A stretch of 64,000 bases of DNA from Camelus dromedarius. Its lineage: Eukaryota. The position numbers were made by a program, and so were the translations under genes. Shown piece after piece: positions 1 through 12,970 of the stretch (the stretch's first letter is position 1; every line of letters begins with the position of its first letter). The stretch spans positions 97,466,001-97,530,000 of the forward strand of contig NC_087436.1 in NCBI RefSeq assembly GCF_036321535.1, given 5' to 3'. The notes beneath the pieces were generated by a model, which was not told where the DNA came from, made no database searches, and worked only from the letters and a program-made list of their open reading frames with translations.

Positions 1-810
1 CCAAACTGTCTCCCAAAGTGGCTACACCATTTTGCATTCCCACCAGGAAGGCATGAGAGCTCCTATTGCTCCACATTCTCACCAGTATTTGGTGTTGTCA
101 GTGTTGCAGATTCTGGCCATTCTAATAGGTGTGATGTGGTAGCTCCTTGTTTTAATCTGCATTTCCCTGATGACATAATGATGTGGAACATCCTTTCATA
201 GGCTTATTTGGCAACTGCAAATCTTCTTTAGTGAGGTATTTGTTAAGGTTCTTGGCCCGTTTTTAAATTGAGCTTTTTGCTTTCTTATAGTTGAGTTTTA
301 AGAGTTCTTTATATATTTTGGATAACAATCCTTTATCAGATGTGTCTTTTGCAGATATTTTCTCCCAGTCTGTGGCTTGTCTTTTAACTCTCTTACTGGT
401 TTATAGAAAGAGAATTGACTTTTGCATGTTAACTTTGTATCCTGGAATCTCATTATCCTTGCTTATTAATTTCAGGAGATTTTTTTTTAATCCTTTCAGA
501 TTTTCTAGATTGGGTGATCATGCCATCTGTGAACAAACACATTTTTATATCTTCCTTCCAAATATGTATAATTTTTATTTCCCTTTTTTGCCTTATGGCA
601 TTAGCGAAGACTTGTAGTACAATGCTGAAAAGCAGTATTAGTGATGGGGGACATCCTATCCTTGTACCTGATCTTAGTGGGAAAGCTTCAAGTTTCTTCA
701 AATTAAGTATGATTTTATCTGTGCGGTTTTTTGTAGTTAGTTTTTATGAAGCTGAAGAAATTTCCCTTGATTCCCAGTTTACTGAGAATTTTTATCATGA
801 ATGGGTGTTG
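1..810 (-). mobile_element. Old L1 ORF2 fragment with an internal deletion near 394; continues beyond the window start
   Basis: ORF 453..701(-) reads [31 protein letters not shown] (L1 RT motif B region). 1-390 is antisense ORF2 C-terminal sequence. Confidence 0.92.
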
Positions 811-1814
811 CGTTAGCACTCACTTTTACTGGTAGAATGGCAAGGAGGCAATTTGAAATTGCAAAAGGACTTCTTTCTACATAAATGCTTTGGTGACACG
901 TCCCCAACCACAGAAAGCATACTAAACAAATTAAACAATGGGATTGGACAGAGGGAGGTAATGGTATTTTTAAGTCTTTCCAACTTTAAAGAAAAGTTTC
1001 AGATTTAAAGGAAAGGCTGAGAAGCACACCACCAGTGGGAAATCAAGTCGTTCACATTTGCTGATTTTACCTCCCAACCCTCAGCCCCAGAACACACTGC
1101 TCTTGTGGAGGAAGGCTACTGACAGGGGTTTGTCAAAGACAAGAGAAGACTCTGACCACGTTTTAAAAGAGAGAAAAAAGTGCTTGAGGTATGAAGAAAG
1201 AAGAGGGAAAAGGCTCTGAACTTTCCTTGACATTTTTGGGGGGGTTTGTTTTCTCTAGTGGATGCTGGGTAATGGTTATCTAAATGTCCATTCCATTCTC
1301 CTTCTACTGCAAATGCTGAAAAATTAAAATCATCTATTTTGGCGGCTAGGATTCTGAATGCAAATTTGGCTTCATCAATTCCATTATATGCATTCAAGTG
1401 AGACGTGAAATAGGAACAGCAGTTAGGTTGTTGCTCTTTCAATTGTTTTCTCCTGGTCACAGAGTAGTGAATGTAGAGTTTACTTCTCATAGTTCTGCCT
1501 CCTTTGGGCAGAAGGAAGCCTTGCAGCTCCCTGTGGTTCAAAACTTCACCGGAATCAAGAGTTCCACAGGGGTGCTTGAGAGGCGGGCAAAACTCCTTAG
1601 CAGTAAATGGGCATTGTGCGGACATATGTCTCTTCTTCAAGTACTGGGTAGAAGTGACTGAGGTCGCAGCAGGTGGCTGAGCAAAGCATATTTGATTTGG
1701 CTTAGGAATCCAGCCCACTTCTCTCCTTCTATCTTGGAGAGACATCTTCCTCTTTTGTGTCACTACTTTTCTCATACACATTATTTTTCTTCTTTGTACA
1801 AGTGGATGGCTAAA

Positions 1815-1940
1815 AGATTAAACTCTGAACTCCTTGAGGGCATAGGTCAAGATTTTTTTTATATATTTGCGTCCATGGTGCTGTTTAGGACACATCATTG
1901 AGCTCACTAATAATTACTGAGTGAGTGAATTAGTGAATTA
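1815..1940 (+). mobile_element. L2 3'-end fragment
   Basis: tctgaactccttgagggc...gctcactaataattactgagtgagtgaat resembles the L2 3' terminus with its (TGAA)n-like tail. Confidence 0.6.
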
Positions 1941-4279
1941 ATAAACAATAGGCACCAGAATTTTTGGATTAGACCCTTCTTCCAACCAGCTGCAGTTCTG
2001 CCTTCAAGAACAAATATTAAGTTTTTTTATTTGTCATTGCTAGATAAGTATGAGTATAGGACTCCACATGCTGTTAGAGGTAGAAAAAGTACTTTTAAAT
2101 ATTACAATATATTATTACATTATTACCAGACAAATTACTTAGCCAAAGTGAAGAGCAATGAAAAATGTAGTAATTTTCCTTAGCTCATGTCTATTACCTT
2201 GCTAAGGGGTTGCGGCAAAGCGTGGGTCACTACCAGAAAGGTGATGAAGGTTGTGGAAATCTAGACTGACGGTTAGTGCTTAGTTTTGAACTTGTATATT
2301 TTTACCTGCCTGAAGGAGTTTTATTTCCTTTTTGACTAAGTATTTAATGCAGCATTTATTCTTATGGTCTATACTCACTTATGTTCATATCTCCTGTTTT
2401 CAAAGGTGATTTAAATTCAGAATTGAAGGTTGCAATAGGCCAGACGTTTACATATTCATGTGACCCACCGCTACCTTCTTGTTAATGACATATTTCCCCT
2501 TCACAGCCCTATGAACCTGAACTTACACAGGCTAGAGCATGAAAGCCGAGTTAATATGAAGTGTTTGATCTCTGTATGTCTCATTTGGTGGCCCCAGAAA
2601 CTGAAGCAGTTTAGCTACATATTTTCTGCATAGAGACCAAAAAGCATAATGCTTTCAAAGGAATATGCATATATATATTCCTTCTCTGAAACCATTCCGT
2701 GTTCCATGAGAGTAATCCTATCATTTTCCAAGCTGGAAAATAACTCAGGGCTTTCTGATTTCTGTTGAAATAAACAATACAGATTCATTTCATACCCCAT
2801 TTTGGGGCATCTCTCCTAGCTGGCAGCAGAGAGACTTCAATGTACATGTTATATTTTCTTCGATTTTTTTTTTCTTTCCAAGTAGAACCAATGTTTCACC
2901 AGTCCCAACCAGCCTGGACAGAAACAAGTTTACATTATTGATAATAAGAGACCATCCCTGTTTCCATTTGTAATTGTAAATCAATAGAAGTTCAGAAACT
3001 CTGATTGGCTCCTAACCAATTTCAGAAGATCTCAGGGAGGTTGTTACATTTACTTTCTAACAATCTGTCCTCCTATACATTGGTGAATGTTCAAAATGAC
3101 CTAAAAGTAACTGCTCTGAAGTGTGCAGTTCAGTATTAGTCCCCTCTTCCTGTTTTATATGTTTTAAAAAACATATTTTAGTAACATAGAAAGAGACACA
3201 ATTGTTTTTTTTCCGTGTACCAGAATTTGAGCTGAGTTCCTGGGGATGGAAAAGGCCTTAGGCCAGAGGTTAATCTTTATAAAAATCTCTCTGCTGATCA
3301 TCTGTCTTTGGACAAAGCATGCAGATTCGGATCCTCTTTTCTTTTTTGGTGAAAATATTATGGTCTCTCTGCAAACGGATACCCAAGGAGCTTGCTTCAA
3401 GGGCATCTAAACAGGCGCTGAGTTTTTTGTAGGCATACAACTGATACCAAGCTTGAGTGCCTCCATTTCATCTGAAAATGCATTTATTCTATAAATTACT
3501 CAGGTAAAAAGTGACTTTTTTTTTTTTTTGGTCTAGATAATTACTTGCAATCCCCTTCTAATTCACTGGAATATTAATAAAAAAATATTCTGATATCAAT
3601 ATGTTCATTTTGTTATTCTTAATGTTTTACTCACCTGATGATTGTGTAGCTAGATGACTCCCTCAGTCTTCATAAATCTAACTCAATGGAAGATTTTTTC
3701 CCCTTTCATATGAGCTTAAAAATAACTCTTCATTGTGGCTTCAAGAAATTCAGCTAAAGTTTAAGAAGGTATAATGGATATTAACCGTCTGTGCGCTACA
3801 CAACTTTAGTTTAGCAAGTAAAATGCACATGAAAAGGATTGGGATTAATAAAACTCTGGGGCTTAACAGAGATATAGTACAGATATCACACTGTCTAAGT
3901 GGAATAGAGCTCCTTCTTTCCAACTGAAAATCTCACGTGAAATCATGAAAAATGATTTTTAATGACCAGATGATTTGGTAGGTAGAATGCACCTGCCATC
4001 TTGAAAGAAGAAGGGAGATTTGCTTCTAACTAGAAAGTAAAGTTCAAAGTCACAAGATGCCTTGTCTTAAGTATGGCAAGAAAGCTTGAACGTGTTTTTT
4101 GTCTTGAATGAAATGTTTATTGATTTTCTCATTTTAACTCAGATGGCAACTGTGTTTAAAAGTACTTTTCCCCACACATATGTAAAAGCTCTAATTTGTC
4201 CACATTTCATTTATGTATATGCTGAGATTCTGGGTGTATGTTGTTTGGCACGGAGCATGGTGTTTTTGAGCTACATGAG

Positions 4280-4430
4280 TGTTTAGTGGTCATCTGATTT
4301 CATCTCATCATTTTACAGCCCCCAAAACTGATGCTGAGAATGATATATCAAGGTTACACAGTGAGGTTTGTAGCAGAACCTCGATTTGTGGTATTTGAAT
4401 CACCCATACCCTTTCTTGAGTTCTTTTCTA
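4280..4430 (-). mobile_element. MIR fragment
   Basis: catcattttacagcccccaaaactgatgctgaga...aaggttacacag is a degenerate MIR core. Confidence 0.55.
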
Positions 4431-5719
4431 CCCCAAATGATGCAAATATGTCAATTTGTACATGTAAATGAACAATGGTGCATCATTCTAAGTTTTTAGA
4501 CAACTGAATTTATTTGTCAGCATGTGAATAATTAATTATGTGACCTTGTGAATGATTATTCCCTTTTAAACATTTCAATATTTGTTGAGGCTTTTGTGTG
4601 AAAAGGAGTTCTGAAAAATAAGTGTATGAGTTTATTCATCTTTGAGGATTTATTACCAATCTATAGATGCAAAGGAACTAACATCAGGCTATTGCTATTA
4701 AATTTTTAGAAACACTACCCCGGCAGTAAGATTTCCTGACCTTGCAGGCTAATAAAATGTTTTAATGTATCAGAATCAGCAGAGCATGTGGGCGGATAAG
4801 TCACTGAGCTAATTAGCCCAAGAGCTGTGTATGACTTAGTGGAGTGTGTTTAGCATTACAAGTAAATCAACATTGTTGCGGCAGGGAAGCATCATTTCTG
4901 AGTCATTTCCATAACTCTGCCACCTTGACTTTCCAATAAAATCTTCCAAGTTTATGATGCTTACAGCTTGTAAAAAGGGAATGTAGCAGGGAGGAAAATT
5001 AATGCCACACATAATCATACGATAACCAGAGCACACTAACTTTAAGGAACAGAATGGATTCCTGAGTAATGGAAATGAAGAGATAAATATGTCAGTTGCT
5101 ACACATAAAGGAACAATGGTGAGCAAGTTATTTTCGTTAGAATTGACCAATACATATCTCACTGGCAATTTTGCTTAGTTTCTACCATTACAGTTTTAGT
5201 TTGTAGACCCAGTTGAATAGAAAAACAGCAAGCTTGGATCTATAGCTAGAAGCAGTTCAGGCTGAGCTTCAGGCAGGTCCTTTTATGGGAGCAGCAAAGA
5301 CAAGTCTCATGACTCTCCTTGGAATTCTTCCAAAGAGCAGGAAACAAGCAGTAAAAACAACAACAAAATTTAAACTTTCTATATAGTTATATTTTAGTTT
5401 TTAATCCTTACTTATGCATGTCATAATCTGTTTTACAAATTAGTTTGGACTCTCTGAGTGACTAAACCCATAGGGCAGGCCAGACAAAGACTATTTGGGT
5501 TATTCTAATTGTATAGACGGAAAATAAGATACAGAGAGACAAAGTCTATTGCTAAGATTACTTGCTTGGAAGTGGCAAAACACAACGCACTTAATACATA
5601 AACACAATGAAAAATGGATCCAAAATTGCAATAAGGTGGGTGAAAGAAACAGTTCCCCATAATTAATGCTTTGTCTCTTTCTCAACTCTTTCTGTCTCTA
5701 TCTTTTAAAGAAGGCAAAC

Positions 5720-6490
5720 CTCTCTGACCTTAAAACCCATTTCCTTGGCTCTATTTTTCCACCATTCTATTCCTTTCTCCTCTCAATTCGAACATCTGAA
5801 AAGAACAAACAATCCTCACTTTCTTACCAACAATTCCCTTTGTAAACATTTGCAATCTGGCTCCTGCCTCTCATTGCACTGAAATTGCTCTCTTGATAGT
5901 CGCCAGTGTTTATCCTTAACTCCAGTATTTTGTTCTCAGTAATTCCTCATCCCACCTTGAGCTCTCTGCAACACTTAGAACTCTTGAAAATTTGCTTACT
6001 TAACCTCTCTCCTCTCTGGAGTTAAATGACACTGCAGAAGAAAGAGCATTTCTCAGACCCCACTTCTGCCTCCTCTTTTTCCAGGATTTATAACAAGACC
6101 TTGTTTAAGTCTTTTCTTCAGCTGTCTTTCCTATATGTCAATCTGGTACATTCTTATCAAATATCATCTTACTGGGTTCTTCCAATTTTCTCTTGAGCAA
6201 CTGATCTGTATTTCCAATTATCTGTTAGATATCTTCATATAAACTCAGTTTAACTAAAGCTAAACTTATTATCCTATTCCTCAAGACCATCTCAGTTAAT
6301 ATTCAACAATGTACCTAATCTCCTTGCTCAAAAGCAAAGCAAAATGAAAACAAAACAAAAACAGGAAAACAAACTTGACGTGAAATCCTTTCTTCAGGCT
6401 AAGCCTTCATTATTTCCTTTTGACTCTATTTCCATCCTGTCTTTTGCATGTGTTATTTCCATTCTGTTTTTCACTATGACTTCCCTACAT
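5720..6490 (+). mobile_element. L2 ORF2/3' region, degenerate
   Basis: gcaatctggctcctgcctctcattgcactgaaattgctctcttgatagtcgccagtg matches the L2 RT segment QSGF..HSTETAL; pyrimidine-rich L2-like sequence follows. Confidence 0.7.
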
Positions 6491-6513
6491 CGGTTTTAAT
6501 TCTTAGATTACGG

Positions 6514-6690
6514 AACTTCTCTGTTGTCTCAGTTTTTCAACTATCGAAAAGGATTTGTATTAGCATAGTGTCTTATCACTGTTAGGAGATTAAATAAATT
6601 GATACACATAGAACACTTAAACCAGAACTTGGTCCAGAGCAACTGCTTAATAAATGTTAGCCTTTGCTGCTACTACTATTACTATTAACT
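6514..6690 (+). mobile_element. MIR 3' half
   Basis: aacttctctgttgtctcagttttt...gattaaataaattgatacacatagaacactta...ctgcttaataaatgttagc plus a (TAC/TAT)n tail. Confidence 0.75.
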
Positions 6691-6866
6691 ACTACTACCA
6701 GGACCATCTGCATACATTGTGGAGCACATTAAAAAAATAAAAGTGTGGGGTCCCAGGTTCAACAAACAGGAATAAAATATCCTTAAATCAGTTTGTATTA
6801 CCCTTTGTGTTCCTAACCATATATCCAAGGTCAGTTTCTTTTCTATAGAGTGACAGAGTAGAGTAG

Positions 6867-7398
6867 TGTCAAAGAGAAATCATTCACCAGACACTGTTTA
6901 AAGATTGCAAGACAGATTTTTTTATTCCATATTGCAGTATGGAAGAGAGACTGTGCTTAACTAGACCAAAACAAAAGATAGAAAGCTTTTAAAATGCTAG
7001 GTCTGCTAAGGGGAAAGTATTGAAGGGCATTTGTTTGTCAATGTGATTAGGCCACCTGAGCTTGTTAATTGACACTTACCTGAAGGAGAGGCAAACTTTT
7101 CATACCTTTAGGATATGAGGTCATTTTGTAGATTGGATAAGGCACCCACCAAGGTTAGGCTCCTACTGTCCCACAGGAACGGGGAGACAGGCGAGCTGTC
7201 TCCTGGGTGTTCACATTTCAAAGAGCTGGTTGTTAAGTTCTTAAGGAGAAATTTCTGCGTAGTAGAAGATATACGTCTCTAAGGGACAGAGAAGGGATTT
7301 ATAGTTACAAGTTTTCTAAAGTAACTGCTCTTAAAAAAGGAAGCTCAAGGAGCCTATAGCCAGGTTTTGGCTGGAAGAAACAGTAAATTCTTTTGTCG
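6867..7398 (-). mobile_element. ERV1-class solo LTR (MER31/MER67-like)
   Basis: The minus strand starts gacaaaagaatttactgtttcttccagccaaaacctgg, has AATAAA (tttatt near 6922 on +) and ends ctctttgaca. Confidence 0.75.
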
Positions 7399-7399
7399 G

Positions 7400-7585
7400 T
7401 TATATTAGTCAGAGCTTTCCAGCAAAACTGAGCCCCAAAAGAATACACACACACACGCATGCACGATTTATTTCAAGGAATTGACTCACATTATTATAGA
7501 GACTGAGAAGTCCCAAGGTCTATAGTCTGCAAGCTGGAGACCCAGGAGAGTCAATGGTGTGGTTCCCGTCTGAATCCAAAGGTTG
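7400..7585 (-). mobile_element. MLT2 (ERVL) LTR 3' fragment
   Basis: tatattagtcagagctttccag...aaggaattgactcaca...gtctgcaagctggagacccaggagag is typical antisense MLT2. Confidence 0.85.
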
Positions 7586-7619
7586 ATTCCCCATGGGAAA
7601 TGGATGTGTGATCTGTAAA

Positions 7620-8645
7620 AAAACTCTAGAAGAGGATTCTAAGCACAGCTTATAGCAAGTATGAGTGTTCTGAGGCAGAAGTGAACTTAGCATATTAGAG
7701 GAATAGCAAGAAGGCCAGTGTGACTAGAACAGAATGAATAATTGAAGAGCAGTCAGCAATGAGCTCTTAGAGAAGTAACGGTAGGGTGGGGGTGGGGGGG
7801 TCAGATCACATAGAGCTTTGCATACCATTACAGGATATTGTCTTTCACTCTGAATGTAAAGCTACTTAAGGGTTTTGCATAGGCTAGTGGTATATATATG
7901 ACCTACATTTTAGAAAAATTCCCCTCCCTACTGTTGTTGAGAATAGATTACAGGCAGGCGAATCTGCAAGTAAGAAAGTGAATCAGGTGCTATAAAGATA
8001 GTAATGGTTTGGATATGGGTGTTAACTGCAGAGATGATAAGTGACTTGATGCTGGTTTTATTTTTAGGCTAGAACTAACAAGGATGATATCCAGATGTCT
8101 GAGAAATAGAATGGTCAAGAATGAATCCAAGATGTTTGGCCTGGAAAACTGGAAAAATGACAGCTACCATTTTCTAAGAAGGGTAGAAGAGGCAACACAC
8201 CAGGAATTTTATGCTGAACGTGATACTGTTGGAATTCAAGTTATTCATCTGAGTGGAAGCATAGGACAGATAGTTGGTTACAAGAGTCCACAAAATACTG
8301 GCTGGACACATGTATTCAGTAGTTGCCCACATATCAGTGGTGTGTAGAACAAAGAGGCTGATGAGCCACGAAGAAAGTAGTGTAGATAGAAGAGAGAAGA
8401 GGTGCAAAGACTAATCCATGGAGCCCTCAAGTGTTTACAGGTTGAAGATATAAGTAGATTCTGGCACAGAGACTGTAGATAGGCAATAAGGAGGTTGTCC
8501 TGAGAGTCCAGTGAAGAAATTCAAATATGAATAAATGACCAACAATAGTTATCTGTCAGATTTAGATATGCAGCAGTCATTGTTGACCATGACAGAAGCA
8601 GTTCCAATGGAATGGTGGGGTAAAAGTCTGAATAGAAGTGGTTTA
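7620..8645 (-). mobile_element. L2 fragment
   Basis: Purine-rich antisense L2 sequence: gaggaatagcaagaaggccagtgtgactagaacagaatgaat; gtcaagaatgaatccaagatgtttggcctg. Confidence 0.8.
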
Positions 8646-8647
8646 GT

Positions 8648-8771
8648 GGGGAGGGTACAGCTCAAGTGGTAGAGTGTATGTTTAGCATGTACAAGGTCCT
8701 GGGTTCCGTCCCCAGTACCTCCTCTAAAAATAAATCAATCAATCTAATTATCACCCCCCAGGGGAAAAAAA
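8648..8771 (+). mobile_element. tRNA-Ala-derived SINE, vic-1-type (camelid)
   Basis: Head ggggagggtacagctcaagtggtagagtgtatgtttagcatgtacaaggtcctgggttccgtccccagtacctcc with Pol III A/B boxes and an A-rich tail. 17-bp TSD tgaatagaagtggttta (8629-8645) / tgaacagaattggttta (8772-8788), 2 mismatches. Confidence 0.9.
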
Positions 8772-9278
8772 TGAACAGAATTGGTTTAAAAAAAAAAACA
8801 GGAATTGAGTCATGAGATCCAGCAAGTGTCAAAAACTCCCTAGGTGCTGAGGTATGCTATTGTTCATAATAAGAACCAGAGATGTGGGATCAAGAGTGAA
8901 TTTATTAAAGATAGAGAAACCATAACAGATCAACTGAATGGCTGTGGGAGGAATGTTCAATTCTGCTTATATCTGTAAGAAGAGAGTCCCTTAGGAATCC
9001 CAATGCCGTTTAGAAACTTATTCGGACAAGAAAACTTGATCATGATCAGAATCAGGTAGAAAACACAAAACAAACAGTAACCGCAGAGATCAATTCCTGA
9101 GGCTGAGAAACAATGGAGACTGAATATCATTATTCCTGGAAAGTTTGAATCTGAACATTAGGAAGGTTTCATCTGCCTTAAATTTATATGGTCATTTTCT
9201 AGGCACATGTATATGAATCACCTTGTTTTAAATTCTCAACAGCACTCATAATAAGTGGAAGGTATTACACCCTCATAC

Positions 9279-9890
9279 TGAGGCAAGAAAACACTGTCTC
9301 TCCAGAGTTCAGGGGCTTGACGTAACCTCTCTAGCAATTTTTACTTTCTCATGATATATTAACGTTACAGCCTTCAGGACCCTGAGCTTTCCACTCTAAA
9401 GAGAAGATACACATTCTAGGAAGATGACTACTGAAAAAAGGTAATCAGTCATTTAAAACCACACGCAAATGTTGGAGGTCACTGAGAGGACGTGACTGCA
9501 GGTTGACCTGTGAGCTGGACCCAGGCAATCTAAAGCTTTCACCTCCTCCCCTGTCCTTGGAATGTGCATTCTGATTGCCTTCCCTACAATAGAAGCTGCC
9601 TCAAGGACACAGCCTTGAGATAGTAATGTGCTAGTTGAGACCATCAGGACAGAATAAATGAATCCAGTTAAGACCTCTATTTAAACTTTTAAGATTCTGG
9701 CAAGCAAGTTTGGAAATCTACTTATCTTGCTGCTGCAGCCCAAAGCAAACCTTGTGTGTAAATTCCCTTGCTTATTAAAACCCACCTGCTCAACTGGAGT
9801 GACCTGCTCCTTTCTTGGGTCTCTCTTTAGCCTCTTATACAGAGGCCAGTTTCAGATTTCACCAGGGAAGTTCCCAGTTTTGAACCAATA
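9279..9890 (+). mobile_element. ERV1-class solo LTR, apparently inserted into a MIR
   Basis: Starts TGAGGCAAG; TATA-like ctatttaaa near 9677; ATTAAA near 9774; MIR-like sequence on the left flank. Confidence 0.7.
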
Positions 9891-10494
9891 GCAAGAGGTA
9901 AGTGAAAAAATAGAGTAAAATATATTTATAGTAATGCAAGATATAGTTAAGTCTGGTTTTATGTGGGAAAAGTGACATCATAAATACAGAAATCAAGGGA
10001 GATTTGCACCAGATGGTTTCCACAACCACAGATAGAGCCAAAGCATCTCGGAAGAGAACCTGAGATAAAATTAGTTTAAGAATTTGACAGGGAGTTAATT
10101 ATAGAGTAAATTCTGTGTTATCTGTTGTAGAGGGGGAATCTGCTGTTCTTGTTAAACAGATTTTTAATTAATAAGGAATTATCACATACACTAAACAGGG
10201 GGATTACCAATTTCCCAAAGAATTAGAAAACAACAGAATATACTTAACGCTAAATTAAATCCAACACAATTAATCATTTTAATGACTCCAAAGTTTGCTG
10301 GAAATATTTTACCTAAGTAAGTGAGATTCAGCAGGTGTAGAATGTGACACAAACTCAAGCATATGCAGTAAGAAAGCAGGCTATTGATTAGATTATATTT
10401 TGGGGGGAGATAGTAACACTAAAGTTCAGATCATAGAAAAATGTATAGACATGGCAAATGTTTGTTGTGTAATCCAAGAGGATTACTCATGACT

Positions 10495-10697
10495 GCATTC
10501 ACTCATTTATTCATCCCACATTTGCTGAACACATGCAGAAAGCTCAGCATTGTATTAACTGAATTGTTATCAGTAGGAATTATATTAACAAAGCTTTCTA
10601 TTGGCAGGAAGTTGACAGCATAGTTCAGAGAGTAAAGGACAGGAGCATTTGCTTGACAGGATGAAGCATGGAAGAGAGTTACTCACCCTAGTCTTAG
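10495..10697 (-). mobile_element. L2 3'-end fragment
   Basis: gcattcactcatttattcatcccacatttgctgaacac is an antisense L2 terminus. Confidence 0.6.
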
Positions 10698-11396
10698 TGT
10701 TACTGACCCTCTGGGTTCAGGTGGACCCCAACCAGGTCCTCTCCTTGCCCCGTGCTGCTCCTGCCAATTGAATGGGAGACTAGGTTTGGCAATAGACTAT
10801 AAACTTTATTCATTGATCAAGGAATGGGGAAGGGAGAGCTCGTGCTCTAAAACACCCTTCTTTGAGGGTTTGGGAGGGGAAGTGGGAAACTTTTAAGGGT
10901 AAGAGGTGGGTAGCCATCAGAATTCAGGGAAGGGGCAGTGATTTCCAGAAATAGCCAGAGCACACAGTCGTTTGGAATCCTTTGCACATGGCACTCATTG
11001 TGCCTCACCAAAAGTCCTCTCTTTGGGTGGAGATCCTAGCATGGTGATGAAGCATAGGCAACTTTCAGACACTTTGAGTCTCATCTGCACACACACTGCG
11101 CTCTCAGTCAGGCTGGAACAGGTTCAGGGCAATTGACTGTTGCCCGCTGGGTCCTTTCTGGCTCTGGGCTGGGTCTGTGGTTTTGCTTATGTGGCATCTG
11201 CCTTAGTTTCTGTTAACCAAGCTCAGCTGTGGGCATAGACTGACAGATTTTGGTGAGGGGAAAAAACAGAAAGCAGATAAGCCTCTGTGCAAGCGGGGGT
11301 GTCTTCCTTGGGACATAAGGTTGGTAAAAGAGAAGGATTTGGGGGGGAATTCCCATCTCTATGTTTGAAGTCCTGAGGTTTGTCGCCACTGGATCA
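10698..11396 (-). mobile_element. ERV1-class solo LTR
   Basis: TGT...CA termini. On the minus strand: TATA-like ttaaaag (~10893), AATAAA (~10807), then a U5-like segment ending gtaaca. The right boundary is uncertain. Confidence 0.75.
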
Positions 11397-11597
11397 TGCA
11401 TATGGGAGTGTATTTAATGGGAAGAGAGATAAATGAGTAAAGAATTAGGAGTGGAAGTCTTGGGTATTGCCAGTTCAGATTACTTTAATATATATATATA
11501 TGAAAAGGTAATCCTTTCTGTAAACCTGCTAATGACAGCTGAAACGGTATTGAAAACCACTTTTTACTGAGTTAGTAATGTTGAGTGGCTCATTTTT

Positions 11598-12970
11598 TTT
11601 TAACATTTTTTATTGATTTATAATCATTTTACAATGTTGTGTCAAATTCCAGTGTTCAGCACAATTTTTCAGTCATTCATGGACATACACATATTCATTG
11701 TCACATTTTTTTCTCTGAGTTATCATAACATTTTGTGTATATTTCCCTGTGCTATACAGTGTAATCTTGTTTACCTATTCTACAATTTTGAAATCCCAGT
11801 CTATCCCTTCCCACCCTCCACCCGCCTGGCAACCACAAGTCTGTATTCTCTGTCTATGAGTCTATTTCTGTCCTGTATTTATGCTTTGTTTTTGTTTGTT
11901 TGTTTGTTTGTTTGTCTTTGTTTTTGTTTTTTAGATTCCATATATGAGCGATCTCATATGGTATTTTTCTTTCTCTTTCTGGCTTACTTCACTTAGAATG
12001 ACATTCTCCAGGAGCATCCATGTTGCTGCAAATGGCATTATGTTGTTGGTTTTTATGGCTGAGTAGTATTCCACTGTATAAATATAGCACATCTTCTTTA
12101 TCCAGTCACCTGTTAATGGACATTTAGGCTGTTTCCATGTTTTGGCTATTGTAAATAGTGCTGCTATGAACATTGGGGTGCAGGTGTCATCCTGAAGTAG
12201 GGTTCCTTCTGGATACAAGCCCAGGAGTGGGAGATTAAACAATATGTTATTGAAAAAACAATGGGTTAATGAGGAAATCAAAGCTGAAATTAAAAAATAC
12301 CTTGAGACAAATGACAATGAAAGCACAATCACTCAAAACCTATGGGACACAGCAAAGGCAGTGCTAAGAGGGAAGTTTATAGCGATACAGGCCTTCCTCA
12401 GAAAAGAAGAACAATCTCAAATAAACAATTTAACCCACCACCTGAATGAATTAGAAAAAGAAGAACAAAAGCCCCAAAAAGCAGCAGAAGGAAGGAAATA
12501 ATAAAGATCAGAGAGGAAATGAATACAATAGAGATTAACAAGACCATAGAAAAAATCAACCAAACCAAAAGCTGGTTTTTTGAAAAAGTAAATAAAATTG
12601 ACAAACCTCTGGCCAAACTCACAAAGAAGAAAAAAGAGAGAGCACAAATTAGCAAAATAAGAAAGGAAAATGGAGAAATTACAACAAACAAAATAGAAAT
12701 ACAGAATATCATATGAGAATATTATGAAAAACTATATGGAAACAAACTGGATAACCTAGAGAGAGATGGACAAGTTTCTGGAAACATACTGTCCGCCAAG
12801 ACTGAATCAAGAAGAATCTGAACACTTGAACAATCCGGTCACTAGAAAGGAAATAGAAATAGCAATTAAAAACCTCCCTACAAATAAAAGTCCAGGACCG
12901 GACGGCTTCACCGGGGAATTCTACCAAACATACAAAGAACTCATACCAGTCCTTCTCAAACTCTTCCAGA
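11598..12970 (-). mobile_element. Young camelid-type L1, 5'-truncated with a 5' inversion (11598-12232 minus; 12230-12970 plus)
   Basis: Poly-T, 3'UTR and ORF2 C-terminus (PLLGLYPEG...TPMFIAALFTIAK) on minus; ORF2 post-endonuclease segment ([15 protein letters not shown]...[18 protein letters not shown]) on plus. Perfect 16-bp TSD tgagtggctcattttt at 11582-11597 and 12971-12986. Confidence 0.96.

Noticed and set aside
1116..1781. Longest ORF in the track (221 aa, minus strand)
   Set aside because: No recognisable domain or homologue, low-complexity F/L/S tail, no convincing splice or promoter context. Probably a chance ORF; a BLASTP or PhyloCSF check would settle it.
2641..2683. Two adjacent small inverted repeats (aaagcat-a-atgcttt; aaggaatat...atattcctt)
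   Set aside because: Short, AT-rich and partly driven by an (AT)n run; expected by chance.
3625..3770. Possible minus-strand exon with a strong donor CAG/GTGAGT near 3634
   Set aside because: Stops in all three frames up to the nearest plausible acceptor. A non-coding exon cannot be supported without RNA data.
8648..8722. tRNA-Ala gene
   Set aside because: Degenerate stems, a SINE-specific 3' extension, an A-rich tail and a TSD show it is a SINE.
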